A DNA stretch of 55,268 nucleotides. It comes from Macrostomum lignano (lineage: Eukaryota). The translations under genes were made by a program, and so were the position numbers. The DNA lies in the NCBI GenBank assembly GCA_002269645.1, contig NIVC01004206.1, positions 1-55,268 on the forward strand, in the 5' to 3' direction. Shown piece after piece: positions 37,012 through 53,200 of the stretch (position 1 is its first letter; each line of letters starts with the position of its first letter). A model generated the notes under the pieces. It saw nothing but the letters and a program-made list of their open reading frames with translations, was not told the origin of the DNA and searched no databases.

Positions 37012-38557
37012 TTAGCGCTGGGAACCAGAGGCTCCCTGGCTCCCATTGCCCGGCTGTCTGCGGTAGCCGCAGGAGAACAAAAACTGCCGATACGGCGGAT
37101 AGATAAGAAAGTACACAATAGGATTAGCGGCGCTATTCACAGCCACCAGGGTGACGCCCAGGAGTTTGACCCAGCTGCCCTCGGCGTATTCCACTATGCC
37201 CAGCTCTGACAGCACGAACAGGCAGTTGTCAGGCCCGTTGGACAGCACGAACACGGCTGACACAGCCACGGTGCCGAGGCTCAGCCTGTTAACCAGCTGG
37301 GACCTGTCTGTGGCTTGCCGGCGCAGCGACACCAGCAGGCAGGTGTTGATGCCCACCAGCAGTGCCGCAGGCAGCAGGTACACGCCGCTGACCCAGGCGT
37401 AGGAGTAGTACACGTACCAGCTTGGCGAAATGCGCACGCAGCCAATCAGGCCTTCTGGCCCCTCCAGCGGGAATCTGGCAAAGCAGACGGGCGCCGCGGC
37501 TCCCGCGCCGAGTAAGATTAGCGCCGCGATGCCCGCGCCAGCCGATCTGAGATGGTTGAGATTGGCGCAGAGATTGATACGCTGACAGGTTGATGCATTG
37601 ATACAGGGGCGACGGAATAAAAGTAAGGGAGCGTTATAAATAACAAATCTAGGCGCCAACTCTAGGACTGGGGGGGGGGACGGGCGCCAACTCCTGTACC
37701 AATGGGGGGGCCAACTCTAGGACCGAAGGGGCGCCAACTCTAGGACCGGGGGGCGCCAACTCTAGGACCGGGGGGGCCAACTCTAGGACCGGGGGGCGCC
37801 AACTCTAGGACCGGGGGGGGGGCGCCAACTCTAGGACCGGGGGGGGGGGGGCGCCAACTCTAGGACCGGGGGGGGGCGCCAACTCTAGGACCGGGGGGGG
37901 GCGCCAACTCTAGGACCGGGGGGGGCGCCAACTCTAGGACCGGGGGGGGGGCGCCAACTCTAGGACCGGGGGGGGCCAACTCTAGGACCGGGGGGCGCCA
38001 ACTCTAGGACCAGGGTAGGGGCGCTAACTCTAGGATTCCGAGGTGCGCCAACTCCAGGGCTGAGGGGCGTCAAGTCCAGGGCTGAGGGGCGTCGAGTCCA
38101 GGCCCGGGCGCGGAGACGCCCAGATTTACTTGGCACCGCCCAGCCGCCTGTAGACGAAGGGCCACCGAACTGCGGCCAGACGGTCGGCGCTGACAAACGT
38201 CAGCACGAAGGCGCTGCCGGCCACTGCCGCCCAGTAGGCGACTTTGCTGCGCCACAGCCGGCACAGAAGCCAGTGCGAGGCTGTCGCCAGCCCCTCGCCA
38301 TCAGCCGGCACCCAGGCCGGAGCCGAGGTCAGGCCCAGCAGCGCCGAGGCTGCCATCAGGCAGACCAGCAGGTCAAGGCAGGACAAGCCAGACTGAGTAA
38401 CTCGAACTCGACTGGCTGCCGAGCTCGAGCGGCAGTGGAAAGTCACGTAGGTCACGTGACCGATGACGCCCAGAGTTAGAATGACCAGCTGGACAATTTC
38501 GCCAGGTGTAAGGTGCGGCCGCTGCCACCAGGTGTTTGACTGGCTGGTTTCATTCAT
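37012..38557 (-). CDS. Orphan class A (rhodopsin-like) GPCR, two exons (320 aa)
   Basis: Exons 38557-38130 and 37546-37012, phase-2 junction (GCC AA|GTAAAT ... CTCAG|A TCG). Seven hydrophobic segments, a Cys at the top of TM3 (LLCRLW), ADRLAAVRWP, YLLP in TM5 and VNSAANPIVYFL. Confidence 0.88.
37640..38100. repeat. G-tract minisatellite GCGCCAACTCTAGGACCGGGGG(n) in the GPCR intron
   Basis: Tandem units with variable poly-G length. Confidence 0.94.
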
Positions 38558-38729
38558 TTTTATGGGGGTGCGGAGAGAAGATCGATCCATTTTTTCACTT
38601 CAAGTCAGGAGCTTTTGTAGCATTTTTAGAACGTCTTTTAATTGGTTGGATGGATTTTTTCTGGTGTGATAATCTTCTGCCAATAGAAGCATTCTGTCTG
38701 CTGGTGGGGAGATTGATAGTCTGAATTGA

Positions 38730-39795
38730 CTGACAAATTACAGAATGACAGACTGACAGAGTGACAGGCCAAAGACTGACAGAGTGACAGGCCAAAGACT
38801 GACAGAGTCACAGGCCAAAGACTGACAGAGTGACAGGCCAAAGACTGACAGAGTGACAGGCCAAAGACTGACAGAGGGATATTATAACAGATTACAGAAT
38901 GACAGGCCAACAGACTGACAGAGTGACAGGCCAAAGACTGACAGAGTGACAGGCCAACAGACTGACAGAGGTGACAGGCCAAAGACTGACAGACTGATAT
39001 TATAACAGATTACAGAATGACAAGCCAACAGACTGACAGAGTGACAGGTTGACAGATTGACTTGATTGACAGAATAACAGACTTACACAGTGACAGACTT
39101 ACAGAGTGACAGACTTGCAGAGTGACAGACTTGCAGAGTGACAGACTTGCAGAGTGACAGACTTGCAGAGTGACAGACTTGCAGAGTGACAGACTTACAA
39201 AGTAACAGATGGACTGACATACTGACAAGGTGACAGAGAAACAGAGCGACGGTTTGACAAAGTGACAGGTTGACAAAGTGACAGGTTGACAAAGTGACAG
39301 GTTGACAAAGTGACAGGTTGACAAAGTGACAGGTTGACAAAGTGACAGGTTGACAAAGTGACAGGTTGACAAAGTGACAGGTTGACAAAGTGACAGGTTG
39401 ACAAAGTGACAGGTTGACAAAGTGACAGGTTGACAAAGTGACAGGTTGACAAAGTGACAGGTTGACAAAGTGACAGGTTGACAAAGTGACAGGTTGACAA
39501 AGTGACAGGTTGACAAAGTGACAGGTTGACAAAGTGACAGGTTGACAAAGTGACAGGTTGACAAAGTGACAGGTTGACAAAGTGACAGGTTGACAAAGTG
39601 ACAGGTTGACAAAGTGACAGACTTACCGAGTGACAGACTTACAGAGTGACAGATTGACTGACAGACTGACAGAGTGACAGACTGACAGAGTGACAGACTG
39701 ACAGAGTGACAGACTGACAGAGTGACAGACTGACAGAGTGACAGACTGACAGACTGACAGAGTGACAGACTTACAGAGTGACAGAGTGACTGACT
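38730..39795. repeat. Compound GTGACAG-core array (23-bp then several 16-bp unit types)
   Basis: GACTGACAGAGTGACAGGCCAAA, TTGCAGAGTGACAGAC, GACAAAGTGACAGGTT and GACTGACAGAGTGACA in successive blocks. Confidence 0.94.
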
Positions 39796-39799
39796 TAGA

Positions 39800-40075
39800 A
39801 ACGGGGGGAGGTGCCAACGCTAGAACCGGGGGAGGCGCTAACTCTAGAACCGGGGGAGGCGCTAACTCTAGAACCGGGGGGAGGCGCCAACGCTAGAACC
39901 GGGGGAGGCGCCAACGCTAGAACCGGGGGGAGGCGCCAAAGCTAGAACCGGGGAAGGCGCTAACTCTAGAACCGGGGGGAGGCGCCAACGCTAGAACCGG
40001 GGGAGGCGCTAACTCTAGGACCGGGGGAGGCGCTAACTCTAGGACCGGGGGAGGCGCTAACTCTAGAACTGGGGT
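39800..40075. repeat. G-tract minisatellite GGAGGCGC(C/T)AAC(G/T)CTAG(A/G)ACCGGGG, same family as 37640-38100
   Basis: About 11 units of 24-25 bp. Confidence 0.92.
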
Positions 40076-40678
40076 GGGGGGGGGAATCTGAAAAGTAGGT
40101 GACAGATTCACAGACTGTTTGATAGACAGATTGCTATTCTTATAAATGGCTAAATAGTTTTTTTGCGTTTACAGACCGAATGTTATGAGAAAATTTCATT
40201 AAAAGTTTCCATGAGTTCAATAATACCACCTAGAGATAGAGAAATGATATCATTACAAATGCAGAACAGTACGGCCGCTTATGGGCTCACTCGAAGTATC
40301 TGACTTTCTAGTGACGCTATTCTTAGAACTCTAAAGACTTCGTAGACAAAAATTTGATCATAAAATAAATGATGAAGCTATTTTAATTTCTTTTTTGTGT
40401 CTGACAGAAATAAGGATCGAAAACGCTTCCGTAGTAAAGCTTTGGCTTTTAGTCCGGTCTTCAATCTGATGCCAGGCACGAAGGAGCTTCAGAAGCTAAA
40501 TCAAAAAAACAAGTTATTCGACTTGAAGCAGGTTCTGCTCGGACATTGTGAACTTTTCCTCATATGAGCAGGTAGCCCGACAGATTGTCCAGCAAATGGA
40601 AATGATAAAAATTTGATCTCGTTTTGGGGAATCGAAACCAGCAAGCAGACGTTGGGAAATCTCAGAGGGGAGATCTCA

Positions 40679-40869
40679 GTGTGAGGCAAAATAAATTTTT
40701 TGATGAGTAATGAATTATTCTGTACAGTAAATTTGTCCGTGTTTGAGCCAACTACGGACTTGCACTGCTCTGCCAAAATTTCCGTCCCCGACCTGCCTAT
40801 TGATCTTCGGACAAATTTACTGTACAGAATAATTCATTACTCATCAAAAAATTTATTTTTGCCTCACAC
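40679..40869. mobile_element. Putative MITE with about 61-bp near-perfect TIRs and a short spacer
   Basis: GTGTGAGGCAAAATAAATTTTTTGATGAGTAATG...TTTGTCCG is the inverse of CGGACAAA...TTTTGCCTCACAC. No TSD recognised. Confidence 0.75.
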
Positions 40870-41009
40870 AAATATTTATTATCGTCAGCCTCATTTTTTG
40901 TTCGTTCTATTGAAATAAACCTGAAGATGTACCACGGATTGCGAAACGCGTCGACTTACAAATGTTGATAGTTGGTTCTCTATTCTTCTCAGTGAGGAAA
41001 TTTCATTAA

Positions 41010-41860
41010 GGAAGTCTCAGTGGGCAAATCTCAGTGGGCAAATCTCAGTGTGGAAATCTCAGTGGGGAGATCTCAGTAGGGGAAATCTCAGTGGGCAAAT
41101 CTCAGTGTGGAAATCTCAGTGGGGAGATCTCAGTAGGGGAAATCTCAGTGGGAAAATCTCAGTGGGCAAATCTCAGTGGGGAGATCTCAATGGGGAAATT
41201 TCAATGGGGAACTCTCATCGAGGAAGGGGAAATCTCAGTGTGGAAATCTCAGTGGGGAGATCTCAGTAGGGGAAATCTCAGTGGGAAAATCTCAGTGGGA
41301 AAATCTCAGTGGGGAGATCTCAATGGGGAAATTTCAATGGGGAACTCTCATCGAGGAAGGGGAAATCTCAGTGTGGAAATCTCAGTGGGGAGATCTCAGT
41401 AGGGGAAATCTCAGTGGGAAAATCTCAGTGGGAAAATCTCAGTGGGGAGATCTCAATGGGGAAATTTCAATGGGGAACTCTCATCGAGGAAGGGGAAATC
41501 TCAGTGTGGAAATCTCAGTGGGGAGATCTCAGTGGGGAAATCTCAGTGGGAAAATCTCAGTGTGGAAATCTCAGTGGGGAGATCTCAGTAGGGGAAATCT
41601 CAGTGGGAAAATCTCAGTAGGGGAAATCTCAGTGGGGAAATCTCGGTGTGGAAATCTCAGTGGGGAGATCTCAGTAGGGGAAATCCCAGTTGGAAAATCT
41701 CAGTGTGGAAATCTCAGTGGGGAGATCTCAGTAGGGGAAATCTCAGTGGGGAACTCTCAATGGGGAAATTTCAATGGGGAACTCTCATCGGGGAAGGGGA
41801 AATCTCAGTGGGGAAATCTCAAAGGAACTCATAGTGGAATATCTCAGTGGGGAAATCTCA
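41010..41860. repeat. GGGAAATCTCAGTG-type minisatellite (about 14-bp monomer) with a 133-bp higher-order repeat
   Basis: The block containing AACTCTCATCGAGGAAGGGG recurs at 133-bp spacing (about 41210, 41343, 41476). Confidence 0.93.
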
Positions 41861-42464
41861 GGAATCCTATTTTGGAAAATCGCATTTAAAATAAAAAAAT
41901 TTCAAATATTTTATAACAGAGAAGTAATTAACTAGCCAATCGAAAATATTCGTCTTTTGCAGTGGATTCCTGTCGGACCCTACTAATAGTAGTTCAACTG
42001 ATAGAATACTAGCAGAGTCGAGCGCAAAAGTTCTCTAGTTTCTACTTTGCGATGGCGTAAACAGAACTGGACAAGTGAAGGAGATCGGCGCTGCTTGCAT
42101 TTTTAGCTGACGGTTGTTTCGCTTCGCGGGGAGGGGGGCATTCGGCAAACTAAATTTGTACAATGAATGCTGGCAAGAGACTGGATTGCTCACTGTCTAG
42201 AAATGAGCTGTTTTGAGAAGGCTCCAATACCCGACACAGTAGCTTCAAGAGTAAGAAGGTCGCTAAGTGTTAGGCAACTCGCGCCTCCGCCAAAGGACAG
42301 CTCAGGCAACCTAGATTTGCACAGATATGGCCTGGGACAGAATTGAAAAACTCTTAGACTTGAGTCTGGTTTGCACCGAGCCAGCCGAGTACGGAGCGGA
42401 CGGAGGTCTCTTGTGGAAGTTTGCAAGCAAAAAATAATTTCAATTTGCTGCCAGCTTTGTGACA

Positions 42465-43420
42465 CAACCTCCACAAGCACAAACTCTGCAGCCACAAACT
42501 CCACAAGCACAAACTCTGCAACCACAAACTCCACAACCACAAACTCCACAACCACAAACTCCACAACCACAAACTCTGCAGCCACAAACTCCGCAACCAC
42601 AAATCCGCAAAAACAAACTCCACAACCACAAACTCTGCAGCCACAAACTCCGCAACCACAAACTCCACAACTACAAACTCCACAACCACAAACTCCACAG
42701 CCACAAACTCCACAACCACAAACTCCACAACCACAAACTCCACAACCACAAACTCCACAACCACAAACTCCACAGCCACAAACTCCACAGCCACAAACTC
42801 CACAACCACAACTCCACAGCCACAAACTCCACAGCCACAACTCCACAGCCACAAACTCCACAACCACAAACTCCACAACCACAAACTCAACAGCCACAAA
42901 CTCCACAACCACAAACTCCACAGCCACAAACTCTGCAGCCAAAAACTCCACAACCACAAACTCCACAGCCACAAACTCCACAGTCACAACTCCACAGCCA
43001 CAAACTCCACAACCACAAACTCCACAGCCACAAACTCCACAACCACAAACTCCACAGCCACAAACTCCGCAATCACAAACTCCACAACCACAAACTCCAC
43101 AACCACAAACTCCGCAACCACAAACTCCGCAACCACAAACTCCGCAACCACAAACTCCACAACCACAAACTCCACAACCACAAACTCCACAACCACAAAC
43201 TCCGCAATCACAAACTCCACAACCACAAACTCCACAACCACAAACTCCACAACCACAAACTCCGCAACCACAAACTCCGCAACCACAAACTCCGCAACCA
43301 CAAACTCCGCAACCACAAACTCCACAACCACAAACTCCACAGCCACAAACTCCACAACCACAAACTCCGCAACCACAAACTCCGCAACCACAAACTCCGC
43401 AACCACAAATAACTCCACAA
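42465..43420. repeat. 15-bp minisatellite CAAACTCC(A/G)CA(A/G)CCA
   Basis: About 60 units; it accounts for the mucin-like ORFs at 42371 and 42459. Confidence 0.96.
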
Positions 43421-44014
43421 TAACAAACGCTTCTGCACTAATACTTGTTTGCGCGGAGTACAAATGAAGATTAAAGAGAGACTTAAAATACACCATGGCT
43501 CGCATTTAAAGGTGAAATAAGAACGCTCCACCCACCCACACCATAGTCACGAAACCCCCACGGTCCTTGGGTGCATTGGTTGGCTCTATTAGCAGGTTAG
43601 CTGTGCAGGGAAGGGGGGTGGTCAGAGGCCGAGCTTAGAGTCTCATGCTGCACTTCTTTTAGAGAATTCTAAAAAAAGAAATTGAAACTGTTATGATTGT
43701 GAAAGAAAGCGAACAAACGATAGAAGGAGACAGGAGAGAGAGAGAGAGATAACAGAAACAGAGACTCAGTCATAACCTTCAGTTCTTCACTAGTAGGAGG
43801 CCCAGGGAAGGAAGGGGGAATGCGAGATTCTCTCGAGTGCGCCTAATCGCCAACAAGCAGTAGATGCGAGTATTTTCAAAGCATCTTCAAAAGACACTAC
43901 TGAGAGGAGAGATGAGAAGGTAGAGAGGTTGCCGCAGGCCCAATCTGTTCACAGGTGCTGCAAGTTGTCGGACAGACGAATTAAGCAGCCCAGGGTTGCC
44001 GCGGAGAGCCAGCC

Positions 44015-44023
44015 TATTTATAG
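44015..44023 (+). promoter_or_regulatory. Possible TATA-like box upstream of the CYP gene
   Basis: TATTTATAG in GC-rich context about 110 nt upstream of the ATG. Positional inference only. Confidence 0.3.
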
Positions 44024-44126
44024 CCCGCAGTCACGGGTTACTTCTGCTTCTACCGACCGACTCCAAGTGCAGAGAAGCTGCAACTATTGACATTGAGGAA
44101 AATTTGAGCACAGACTGCGTGAAGAC

Positions 44127-47939
<3,813 letters not shown>

Positions 47940-48879
47940 GAAGCCAGAGCCGAAATGCTGGTTGCTCAATCACTCAGAAAGCTCCATTGTTTGGAGTAAA
48001 TAATGTTTTGTATCACAAGACAAGACAAATGGCCTGAACCGGTTTACAAAGCCTCACAAAGGGTAGTGTAAACTTGTTAGTGTAGATCCCAGAGGTTAGT
48101 GTAAACTTGTTAGTGTAGAATGAAAATCCGTTTTAACTTCCGTACGATACACCTTTTTGACTTCATTATGCGAAATTTCTAAAATTTATTTAATCGAGAA
48201 CTAAGAGACCAGCAAGTGTATAGCCGTACCCTATAGGAATTGATTTTACATTTTGCCTCTTATTTCTTCCAAATAAATCTTATAGTAGTAGCATTTTTCA
48301 AGCTGAGAAAAAGCTTTATGGAGTTTGTAAACTGCACACGGTGAATTTTTGTTTTATACTACTTTGAAGTAATTTTGTTAATCTATTTTATATTATTTTG
48401 TTATCCAGCGATTTTTCAATATTTTTATAACATGAATATGCCCGTTCTGCGTACTCTATGTACTTTAAATCCCGGCCAAATGCTTTACCAAAATCTTTTT
48501 AAGTTGCTCAATTGCGTCCTGAGCCGTATTTATTGTACTCCTCTGTTTAAAGTACAAACCACTACCCGTGCTAATTAAAGACTTTTATCTTTTAAAAACG
48601 GTGTCTATCTTTATGGCTCATTTCTTTTTATCAGTACACGAGACAAATTTCGTGATAAATTTCCGTTTTAATTCAAGCAGCACAGACGCTACTGTCAGTA
48701 GAGCAATAAGTTTGCATCCTGTAAAAACTGAATAAAAATTCAAATATACAGCCAAATTTCAAGTTGCCAGCGCGTTGCACCTTTTTTACGGGTACAAATT
48801 TAATAAGACTTGATTTCAATTTTGACAATTCAAATTTCTTTGAGTTAAGGTAAAAATGATTCAATTGCCTCAATCAACC

Positions 48880-49170
48880 CATGTCCTCAACCTGATCAAC
48901 GCATGTCCTCAGCCTCATTAACCCATGTCCTCAACCTCATTAACCCATGTCCTCAGCCTCATCAACGCATGTCCTCAGCCTCATTAACCCATGTCCTCAA
49001 CCTCATTAACCCATGTCCTCAGCCTCATCAACGCATGTCCTCAACCTCATTAACCCATGTCCTCAACCTCATTAACCCATGTCCTCAGCCTCATCAACGC
49101 ATGTCCTCAGCCTCATCAACCCATGTCCTCAGCCTCATCAACGCATGTCCTCAGCCTCATCAACCCATGT
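48880..49170. repeat. About 22-bp tandem repeat CATGTCCTCA(G/A)CCTCAT(T/C)AAC(C/G)
   Basis: About 13 units with a three-unit superperiod. Confidence 0.92.
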
Positions 49171-50218
49171 CAACCCAAGCACTAAATAGACAATGTCTCA
49201 CCTGCTGGAATGATGTTCCTTTCTCTAAAGTGTCTAAAGAGAGAACTTTTCTTTACCTCTCTCAGCTACACAGTGAAAAAAACAGTTTCCAAAAGCTGTG
49301 AATGACAGCACATGTGCATTTTTACGCATCAAATATATGAATATTTTAATAAATTCTCTGTTACTGCCGTATATTTTTAAAAACTGAATTTACAAAAAAG
49401 GAACAAAAATAAAGAAAAGGGAACAATTTACTTTAAGAATATTGTCAGCTAGTAAAATTAACTACGCAAAATTTATTTAACTTCCGCTGATATAGGCAGA
49501 AAAAAGTATTAAATTTTGAAGCCAGCAATCCAACACTGTCAACTGATTGGTAATCGTAAAATTTTGTTTAAAGTGAACTGAGATATTTAGATAGCTAAAC
49601 TACTTCAAGATAGAGCTCAGATAAGGCAGGCGATGGGGGAGTGGGGTTTGTGAAAAGGGACAGAGAGTGTACATTCAGCCTATGGAGCTTGTACAGCCAG
49701 CCAATCAGCGATTTGGAGGAAGTCGATGATAAAGAAACTGAGGAGGTGGGTGGACTACGAGCTATTTATCGGCCAGGCAGCCAGTCAGCGACGATTATAG
49801 CAAATGGCTAGAGTCGAAGCTGTACATTCAATGGGCTAGGGTTGAAAGTACATGCAATGGGCTAGAGTTGAAAGTACATTCAAGGAGTTTTAAAGTTTAG
49901 GGAGTAAGAGGGAAAAATTAAAAGCGCATTTGGAATCGGATTAAACATTGAACATATTTTTCATTCCAGTCATAAAAGGCAAATAAGGTGTAAGCAACTA
50001 TACCAGAAATAAAAAAGTCTGCTCGTACATACCACGTCACTTTTCTCTTGCACTACTTATCTTACGAATCGTGTAAGTAGTAAAAATGACACAGCTCATT
50101 ACATGTAATTAAATTCCAAATTTGAAACTAATCCATTCACTTTATTTTCAGTTAGAAAACAATAAAAATGAACTTAGGAAGGCCCACAGTCCAACCAAAA
50201 CAGTCTTTTGAGTATCGA

Positions 50219-53200
50219 CTACTGCAATGCTGCCCGGATGTGCCTGTAGTGTTCAGCGATACCGGTCGCATCCTCGTCTGACTGTGGCGAGTCGCCCAGA
50301 CCGGCCGCCGCCAGCAGCTCCGCTGTCTTGGAGTCGAACTCGCCAATCTGGACAATTAAAATTGTTTATAAATCTAGACGTATTCTTTCACCGCTAGATT
50401 CCCATGCTTTGCACTCATTATCTTAACTGTCATGATAGCACCGCACCTAGCTTGACGAAAATGGCGCCTATCTCAGTCATAATGACATATATCTCAGTGA
50501 TAATGGCACCTATATCAGTCATAATGGCACCCATCTCAGTCATAATGGCACCCATCTCAGTCATAATGGCACCCATCTCAGTCATAATGGCACCCATCTC
50601 AGTCATAATGGCACCCATCTCAGTCATAATGGCACCCATCTCAGTCATAATGGCACCCATCTCAGTCATAATGGCACCCATCTCAGTCATAATGGCACCC
50701 ATCTCAGTCATAATGGCACCCATCTCAGTCATAATGGCACCCATCTCAGTCATAATGGCACCCATCTCAGTCATAATGGCACCCATCTCAGTCATAATGG
50801 CACCCATCTCAGTCATAATGGCACCCATCTCAGTAATAACAATATGTACCTCAGTGATAATGGTACCTATCTCACTAAAAGGAATCTTTTTCCTGTTAAT
50901 GACACCCCATACCCTGATAAGTGGCACCCCATACCCTGATAAGTGGCACCCCACACCCTGATAAGTGGCACCCCATACCCTGATAAGTGGCACCCCATAC
51001 CCTGATAAGTGGCACCCCATACCCTGATAAGTGGCACCCCATACCCTGATAAGTGGTACCCCATACCCTGATAAGTGGCACCCCATACCTTCTCCCTATC
51101 GCCAAGCACAAAGTACAGCATCAGCAGGCACAGCGCCGTCTTGGCCGTGTACATTCGCCGACTCTCCCAAACAGACTCGGCCTCGGAGCCGCTATCGACT
51201 GCCTCTGAGGTCTCCACCAGCAGAGAGTAGATGGAGTGCAGGATTTTCAGCGCTTCCGCCTGCTGGGCCTCGTCTGGATCAGTGAATAAAAAATTACAAG
51301 TTTCGCTTTTTGTCTTGTTTTGTGGGTCTTTAAAAAATAGCTCAATTTTCTTATTTTTCTACTATTAGTAGACTAAATGGGTTGTAGGCTTGGAGGGAAA
51401 AATGAAACCTTTCGCCGTTTAAAGTTACTATTAAAATAAAGCCAATAAATTTGATAACACGAGCGTAGATTCCCAATCACTTACTTTAATCTCGCCATCC
51501 TGTATAACAAATAACATTATTAACTACAGTAGGGGTCAAAATAAAAAAATGTAAACAAAATAAGCGGGCAGTAGTGCGGTAGAAGCGCTATAGAATTTAT
51601 CAATTCAAACAGATGATTGTTCACTCAGTATGAAAAGTGGAAACGTAACGGAAAATGAAACTTAAAATAGGCTGTAGGTATGATAAAAATATTTCTGTAT
51701 AATAAAGAGGGCAATAAATCAAGTTTTATTTAAAAACTAAAAATACTGTCTGTAGTTTTCCTACTTTATATCCATTTCTCAAAGTGCCACCCCTGACATT
51801 TTGAATATTTCTTCAAATGGCAAACTCGAGGTTGGTTGAGAAATTAACTGCTAATTGGGGCTAAAGACTTACCCGAAAACGCGTCTGAAACAGGTTTGAA
51901 ATGTTGATATGGTTTTACATTAAAATAAGGCAGGTTTAGCGACAAAACTTATTTCAAGGATTTTGTTATACACGTATAATCATGCTTTTTATGGAAGTGG
52001 AAGTTCCCGTGGATGGGCAAGGAAGAGAGGATGCAGTTCCCGTGGATAGACAAGGAAGAGAGGATGCAGTTCCCGTGGATAGACAAGGAAGAGAGGATGC
52101 AGTTCCCGTGGATAGACAAGGAAGAGAGGATGCAGTTCCCGTGGATAGACAAGGAAGAAGGGATGCAGTTCCCGTGGATAGACAAGGAAGAGAGGATGCA
52201 GTTCCCGTGGATAGACAAGGAAGAAGGGGATGCAGTTCCCGTGGATAGACAAGAAAGAGGGGATGCAGTTACTTTTTTATAAACAAGAAGGGATACAGTC
52301 GTCACGAATTTTACTGCCAATTCCCCACTGATCCAGGAATTCAATGAAGCCGTTACTTCACATCAAAAGTGCACGCTAAATTGGTACAATTGTCTGTGCA
52401 TCGCGCAGGAAGGCTACAGCTGCTAGTATTTGCAACCTGCCCCAGCAAGTACAGTTGTCAACCATCGCTCACCAAGGTGCTCTTTTTCCTCTTGGGTAAT
52501 CTCGGCCACAACCTCGCCAAGGCCGTCTGGAATGTCGGGCGGCGCAGTCATGGCTTGGACAATGCGCCACAGGTGGTCGTACCAGATGTCAATTACCTGC
52601 GAGAGTGAGCAGTCGGGATAGGTGGGGTTGCTTAATTAATGCCTTTATTTTATTAGAAACGTTGTTAGCCAGAGGTCTGCAAGCCGACGTGTCCCAGTCT
52701 ATATTTTCCTTTAACAGCCCCAGCTTCATGATTTTCAAGTAAATTACGCTCAATATCTATGCTAATTACATGTCTTGAATCCACTACAGACACATGGGTA
52801 CATAGCTAGGCATGCTTAGTTGCCATGCAGGAGTTGCGCCAGCACCCATTACAGCCACTTCAAGATCCCCGTGCACCAGAGCAGGACTCACCCGTCCAAA
52901 CAGGTCATAGGCAATCTCCTGCTTGTTCTTGTACATGAAAATATTCGCCATGCTGAAGTAGCCACCGGACACGCGGATGTCCTCTGTGCCGTATTCGTCT
53001 GAGGCATGGAAGATCTGCGGGAAAATGGTCAGTAAATTTGACAGTAAGTGCATGTCTCCCTCAGTGTCTCCCTCAGTGTCTCCCTCAGTGTCTCCCTTAG
53101 TGTCTCCCTCAGTGTCTCCCTCAGTGTCTCCCTCAGTGTCTCCCTCAGTGTCTTCCTCAGTGTCTCCCTCAGTGTCTTCCTCAGTGTCTCCCTTAGTGTC

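Noticed and set aside
42190-42430. Possible isolated exon on the minus strand (RCKPDSSLRVFQFCPRPYLCK)
   Set aside because: No recognisable family and no partner exons or convincing splice pair.
42371-43423. Mucin-like Thr/Gln/Pro ORF
   Set aside because: It is a translation of a 15-bp minisatellite that is open in several frames on both strands, with no signal peptide or splice support.
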